64,000 nt of DNA, taken from contig CM119266.1 in assembly GCA_051294375.1 (NCBI GenBank), positions 11,477,113-11,541,112 on the forward strand, read 5' to 3'. Shown here one piece after another: positions 59,136-64,000 of this stretch; positions within the stretch are counted from its first letter, which is position 1, and every line of letters begins with the position of its first letter. The notes under the pieces are model-generated. The model was not told the DNA's origin and ran no database searches. It worked only from the letters and a program-made list of their open reading frames with translations. The DNA is from Paraspadella gotoi (taxonomy: Eukaryota; Animalia; Chaetognatha). The position numbers and the translations under genes are program-made.

Positions 59136-60721
59136 TTACATCTTCTCCTTGATTTCCTCGGCTTTCTGCCGAATAACCTTCCACAGGCTCTTCCAACTCT
59201 TGGACAGTTTGGTCCGGAATCGTTCAAATCTGTGGAGGAAGAAATCGGCGACCGTTTTCGAGGTCTGCGCGATGTTCTTTCTTCCGGAGGTGACGTTGAA
59301 GACGGCGCTGATTTTCGCAGACGGATTGACGACGTTTTTGGTCTCCAGTTTGTTGTTGTTGTTGTTGTTGTCGGACAGAGTTCCGTGATCGAGATCGAAG
59401 AGTTTAAAGAAGATGCCTCCATCGGCGTCTGAGACCAAGTTGGTGGTGGCTTTACCATCGTGGGCTTCGTTTCCGATTTCTTTGGCGCCGTATTTCTTCG
59501 CGGCGTCGTAATTCTTCGCGGCGTCGTGACCGAGACGCTCGGCCAATGAATTACGGCTCCCCTTGGTCACGAACGCCTCGTTCTCTTCCGGACGTTGATG
59601 CCGGCGCGAGAGAGCGTGACGCCGGGTTTTCGCGCCTCTGTGGGCGTGGTTGTCATGACGCCGGAAATCCGCGTGACGTTTTACGACGCGGTGCGTGGAT
59701 GAGGCGCTCTCGTCGAACCAAGACGGTCGCTCCGTCAAACTGAGAAGGACGTCGAAGAGATCGAAGAGTTTCTTGCCGACGTCGCAATTGGCGGTGGCGT
59801 TGGTGTCGTCCGTGGAGTTGAGGGTGACGTTAGTGTCGTCGGTGGCGTTAACAGAAGATGACGGAGACCGACTTCCGACGGGGACGAATTCGTTCGGAGA
59901 GACGTGGTCTTCCGACGAAGTGTTCTTCGAATTGGAGCCGATAACGAGTTGGTTGTCATCCCTGGAATCAATGTCATCTTCATTGTCATCGTCAATAGGA
60001 TCGTCCGCGTCATTCTCCGGGTCGTCCTCAGTGTCATCGTCTTTGTTATCGTCCGCGCCTTCGTCCACGCCTTTGTCCGTCCCTTCGTCCGTGCTTTCGT
60101 CCGTCCCTTCGTCCGTGCTATTGCCCGGGTCATCGTCAATGTCATCGTCAGCGTCGTTCTCCTTGTCACTATCTTTGGCATACTCCTTTTCATTATTGTC
60201 ATCTTCCATGACATCCTCCATGTCATCCTCGTCTTCCTTCAAGATGACGTCATTTTCCTCGTCGGACGTCGCGTCCCGCTTTTTCCGCGAATCGATTCCC
60301 GGATACAGAGATCCGGAAAAGAAAGTGCCGGGATAAAAAGCGCCGGGATAAGAGCTCAGAAAGGAGCCGCTAGACGGAGCCTCCACTCCGGTCGTGAGAT
60401 CTGGATCGCAGGGGGGGCCTTTGGGCTCCAGAGGCGGGGCATCGGTTGTCGCGAGGACGCCTGAGGGACAGAATTTGAAATTTATTTTAAGTTATAACGG
60501 ATTTGTTTCCTGTAATTGTACTCGTTGGGTTAATCGTGTCTTTCGTATGTTTTTGTTTGTAAAGTCGTGGGTCCGTTGGTGCTCGTGATTTCAAGACGCT
60601 GATAAAAAGTTAACATAGAAAAGAATAGTAAATTCTTTTTCCTTGGTGACTTACCGCATGAGGTGATGAAACTAAAGAGTGCCAGGAACAATATAAATTT
60701 AATTGAATGTAGAGAAAACAT
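59136..60721 (-). CDS. Secreted acidic precursor protein, ~463 aa; exons 60655-60721 and 59136-60460
   Basis: Signal-peptide-like MFSLHSIKFILFLALFSFITSC|G with gtaag donor, joined in phase 1 (ctcag acceptor) to the long ORF. RKKR and KR sites; Asp/Glu-rich tract. Confidence 0.8.
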
Positions 60722-61295
60722 TTTTTGTGTTTTTCCTTTTTCGTGGAGATGGAAATTCAACATATTTTCCGTCGTTGATAAAGGCCAATGAAGACGTAGA
60801 CTGAGGCTGTGAACTGGTCAAGACGGCTTTTGGGCCTTTTATTGCCCGTGAGGCCAGATAGAATCGAGGGTTAAGAGTACAATAGTCTGGGGGGCGGATG
60901 AAGCCCCGTAGTCGAAAGAAAAAAAGAGAGAGAATAGAGTGAAAAGAAAGAGAGAAAGCGAGAGAGAGGGAGACAAACAGCGATGCGTTTCTAAAACAAT
61001 ATAAGAATTTTTCATTCCCTAAACACCATGACTGTGTTTGCACAAGCTGTATATGTGTTTGTCATTTTTTTGATTATCATTTAACATTAAAGAAGTTGAC
61101 TAGATATTTCCTTGTTTAGCCGATGCGGGCAAATTTGGAAAAATACCAAATCAAATCGTAATAAGACTAGCAAGACAGTGTTACCGCTGTAGACCTCGTA
61201 ATTAAATTCTAACTAAAATATTTGATGAAGTTAAAATGTTAAATACAGAGATAACCGCAAACTTCAGGTTTAAACAAAGAAAGAGACCGAAGAGA

Positions 61296-61383
<88 letters not shown>

Positions 61384-61492
61384 ATGAAGATCGATCGATC
61401 CTAAAACTTTCTGGTCCCTTCATCTGCTCGTGCCTCATAGACAAGAAGATCGTTTGTTTATAAAGTCAATTGCCAGTCATTACCCTCATCAA

Positions 61493-61565
61493 GCCCCCGT
61501 GGCCCAATGGATAAGGCGTTGGACTTCTAATTCAAAGATTGCGGGTTCGAGTCCCGCCGGGGGTA
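61493..61565 (+). tRNA. tRNA-Arg(UCU), intronless, second copy
   Basis: Identical to 30567-30639 except T>C at position 13; T5 terminator just downstream. Confidence 0.95.
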
Positions 61566-62664
61566 AATGTTTTTGAATACTTTTTTTTAATCGTCGTTCA
61601 TGGATATTTTTTAAAATTTTATAATCGAAAACATCGCCAGAACTTTTTTCCCAGCTTTTCGTCTCGCCGATCCCGGTTTCGTGTAAAGTAAATGCGGTCT
61701 CGGCCTTTAAAATTTTTTTTTTCCGCTTCTGTTTTAATTCGTTCTCAGATGTCGGGAAACGACATTCGCTTTCACCTTTCTATATTTACTCACCTTCAAC
61801 TGGCCAGAATAAGACCCGACTGTTCGGTAAAATTATATAAAAAAAAAAAAAGATAAAAGAATATCTTGGCTCAGATTCGCCGTATCTCGTCACTCGTTGT
61901 TTTCGCGGATATCAATTTTTTTCCCTCGACTTTTATGCATAAAAAATCACGAAGACGATTCTCTTTTTCTCGCGTACCAAGACTTTTTTCCTAATTTTTT
62001 TACTAGAAATAATAATATCGTTTTTCGATTTGGTTAAGCGGCTGATAGTAAGAAAAAGAAAAGAGCTATCGCACGCTTCACCAAGATCGAATCAAACTGG
62101 TTTTTTAAAAAAAAAGTCTATCCGTTTTGTTCTTGCTTTTGGCACAAATCGAATTAAAGGTTGAAAGTTCAAAACCGCGAAAAGCAGACAAAAAGAATTA
62201 TTAAAGTGAAAGAAAGAGAGACAGAGAGTGTGTTTGAACTCTTTGTAACGGTGTTTTTTCTGACGATGCGCTTCGAACGACAAGAACCGTTAGGTTAAAC
62301 TACATTTTTTTTCTCTCTTTCACTTCTGCGTTTTAATCGTTTTTTATATCGAACACGAAGAAGATATTTTAACTAGATTTTTCTTCAACGACAAAATACG
62401 CAATAAACCAGAGAACAACAAAATAAGAAAGAGGCCTCCTATTTAAAAAAAAGAAATATAAAACACGATTTACTGGCCGTCAATTTAACAAAAACTTTTA
62501 AAAAATGGCTTTTTGTTGCGTCTGAGATTCATTCGTATTTTGTTAAATTTGCCAAGCATTCACAAAAACGTTCGAAGCAAAATTCTACCATGTTATTCTG
62601 CGAATGTTACATGATATATTTTAAGTTCATGTTAATTTAAATTTTATTAAGAAATCGACACAAA

Positions 62665-63332
62665 ATGTCGTTTGGTCTTTTCAATTGGGGGAGGTCGATT
62701 TGGAAAGCAGCTGTGGACATTATCTCTCCCTCCAACTCTGAGAAACCAACGCCCGAGGGTAAGTTTGCAAACTGAGAAAATCGTTGAAGGAATAGGAAAA
62801 AAAGAAGGGAAAAAAAAAGTATAAAATAAAAATTAGAAACAGATAAAGGATAAACAGAGTAAGGAAGCTCAATTTCTCTTTTTCCTTTTTAAACAAAATA
62901 TTCAGCTTGCCCGTTTCATCGATTTTTTTCTAACCTTATCTTTTAAATTTGACAATACCGAATATAACCTCAGTTTCGAAACTGGCTTTCTCTTTAATCA
63001 ATCCACAAGGATCAGAGAACGAGAGGAAAAAATCAAGTTTCCCTTTACCTCTTGATTGGTTAATCGGTCTCAAAGTTGACCGAGTTTTGTGGTTCGTGAG
63101 TCGCAATGTTTTGTTTTAATTATAAAAAGGTGTAGTAGTTTAGAATTAGTTTATATTGTACAAAAGTTTCACTTCGTATGTGAAATTTTATCAATGAAAT
63201 CACAAACTTATAAAGGGCCAATTCTTCCAGTCGTAAAAAGTCTTTTTCAACAAGTACGGGTCTGGATGTGTGCACTAACCTTTTATTCTCTTTCTCAGTT
63301 TATGATTTTCGCTAACTCATTCACTATGTTGA

Positions 63333-63431
<99 letters not shown>

Positions 63432-64000
63432 CCGGGTATGAAAAAGGAAAACAAATGATTAAAAAGCAAACAGCCCAAGAAAAAAGAAAAAAATGAAAAA
63501 ACGAGGAATTAAAAATTAGAAAGAAAAAAAAATCGGTTTCGAATTTAACTTTTGAAAAATAATCTTTAAATTTTTTTTCTTCTTCGACAGAAGATGAAGA
63601 TTCTTCTCCGTCGGTCGAAGTCGGCGAAGTCGTCGTCGCCGTCGCCGAAGAGGAGATCCCACAGCCACGCCCACTTCCGCCACTCCACCCTCCGCCACCC
63701 CACGTCCACCACTCCGATCGCCAAACCCCCTTCCCCGATTCCACCCTCTTCCACCAACGCCACCCCGACGTCGAGACTCTCCTCCTCCTTCAGTTTTCGA
63801 CGAATTCGTGAGAGATTCGGGTCTCAAGACAAACTGCAACAACAGCAACAACAGCAACAGAAACAGCAAGACGAGCGACTCCAGCAAGACCTTCTCCATC
63901 AAGAAGAGCTGGATCAGATGGGATGGAGCGAGAGGGCGGTCCGACGTTGGGCGTGGCCCCGTCGTCGCGACGTCTCCTCCGATCTCGACACAAAAATCTG
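62665..64000 (+). CDS. 5' part of an unknown Pro-rich protein (exon 62665-62758, next exon from 63591), running off the window
   Basis: caaaATG...MSFGLFNWGRSIWKAAVDIISPSNSEKPTPE|gtaag joins in phase 1 to gacag|EDEDSSPSVEV... The Pro-rich frame appears to shift near 63700. Confidence 0.5.

Overview
Intron-rich, AT-rich, (AG/CT)n-microsatellite-rich eukaryotic DNA from an invertebrate animal (innexins present, no visible CpG depletion; phylum not determinable from this window). It is a draft assembly with N gaps, gap-flank duplications and indel-noisy segments. Hand-spliced gene models give: two tandem 6-exon innexins (18296-24508, 25047-29524); a ~15 kb multi-exon Pro/Gln-rich actin regulator with 4-5 tandem WH2 motifs, four ELxxKLxRR repeats and an espin-like PxWKR tail (38452-53525); a Cys-rich FAM166/CIMIP2-like ciliary microtubule inner protein (55327-58774); a secreted acidic precursor with basic cleavage sites and a cationic amphipathic C-terminus (59136-60721, minus); a ubiquitin-like domain exon; and several unassigned exons. 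RNA genes are intron-containing tRNA-Ile(UAU) (one clean and two indel-damaged copies) and two intronless tRNA-Arg(UCU). Repeats include a tRNA-like SINE in two copies, degenerate Penelope/hammerhead-like fragments, a ~2.2 kb segmental duplicate and a ~0.92 kb tandem unit. The most interesting items are the tandem-WH2 plus espin-like architecture, the innexin pair (extra extracellular Cys pair, discordant intron positions, PDZ-type tails), frequent AAG/GAG splice acceptors, and complementary CT/GA tracts bracketing exons. Most short ORFs in the supplied track are microsatellite or antisense artefacts. All homology calls are from motif recognition, not database searches.
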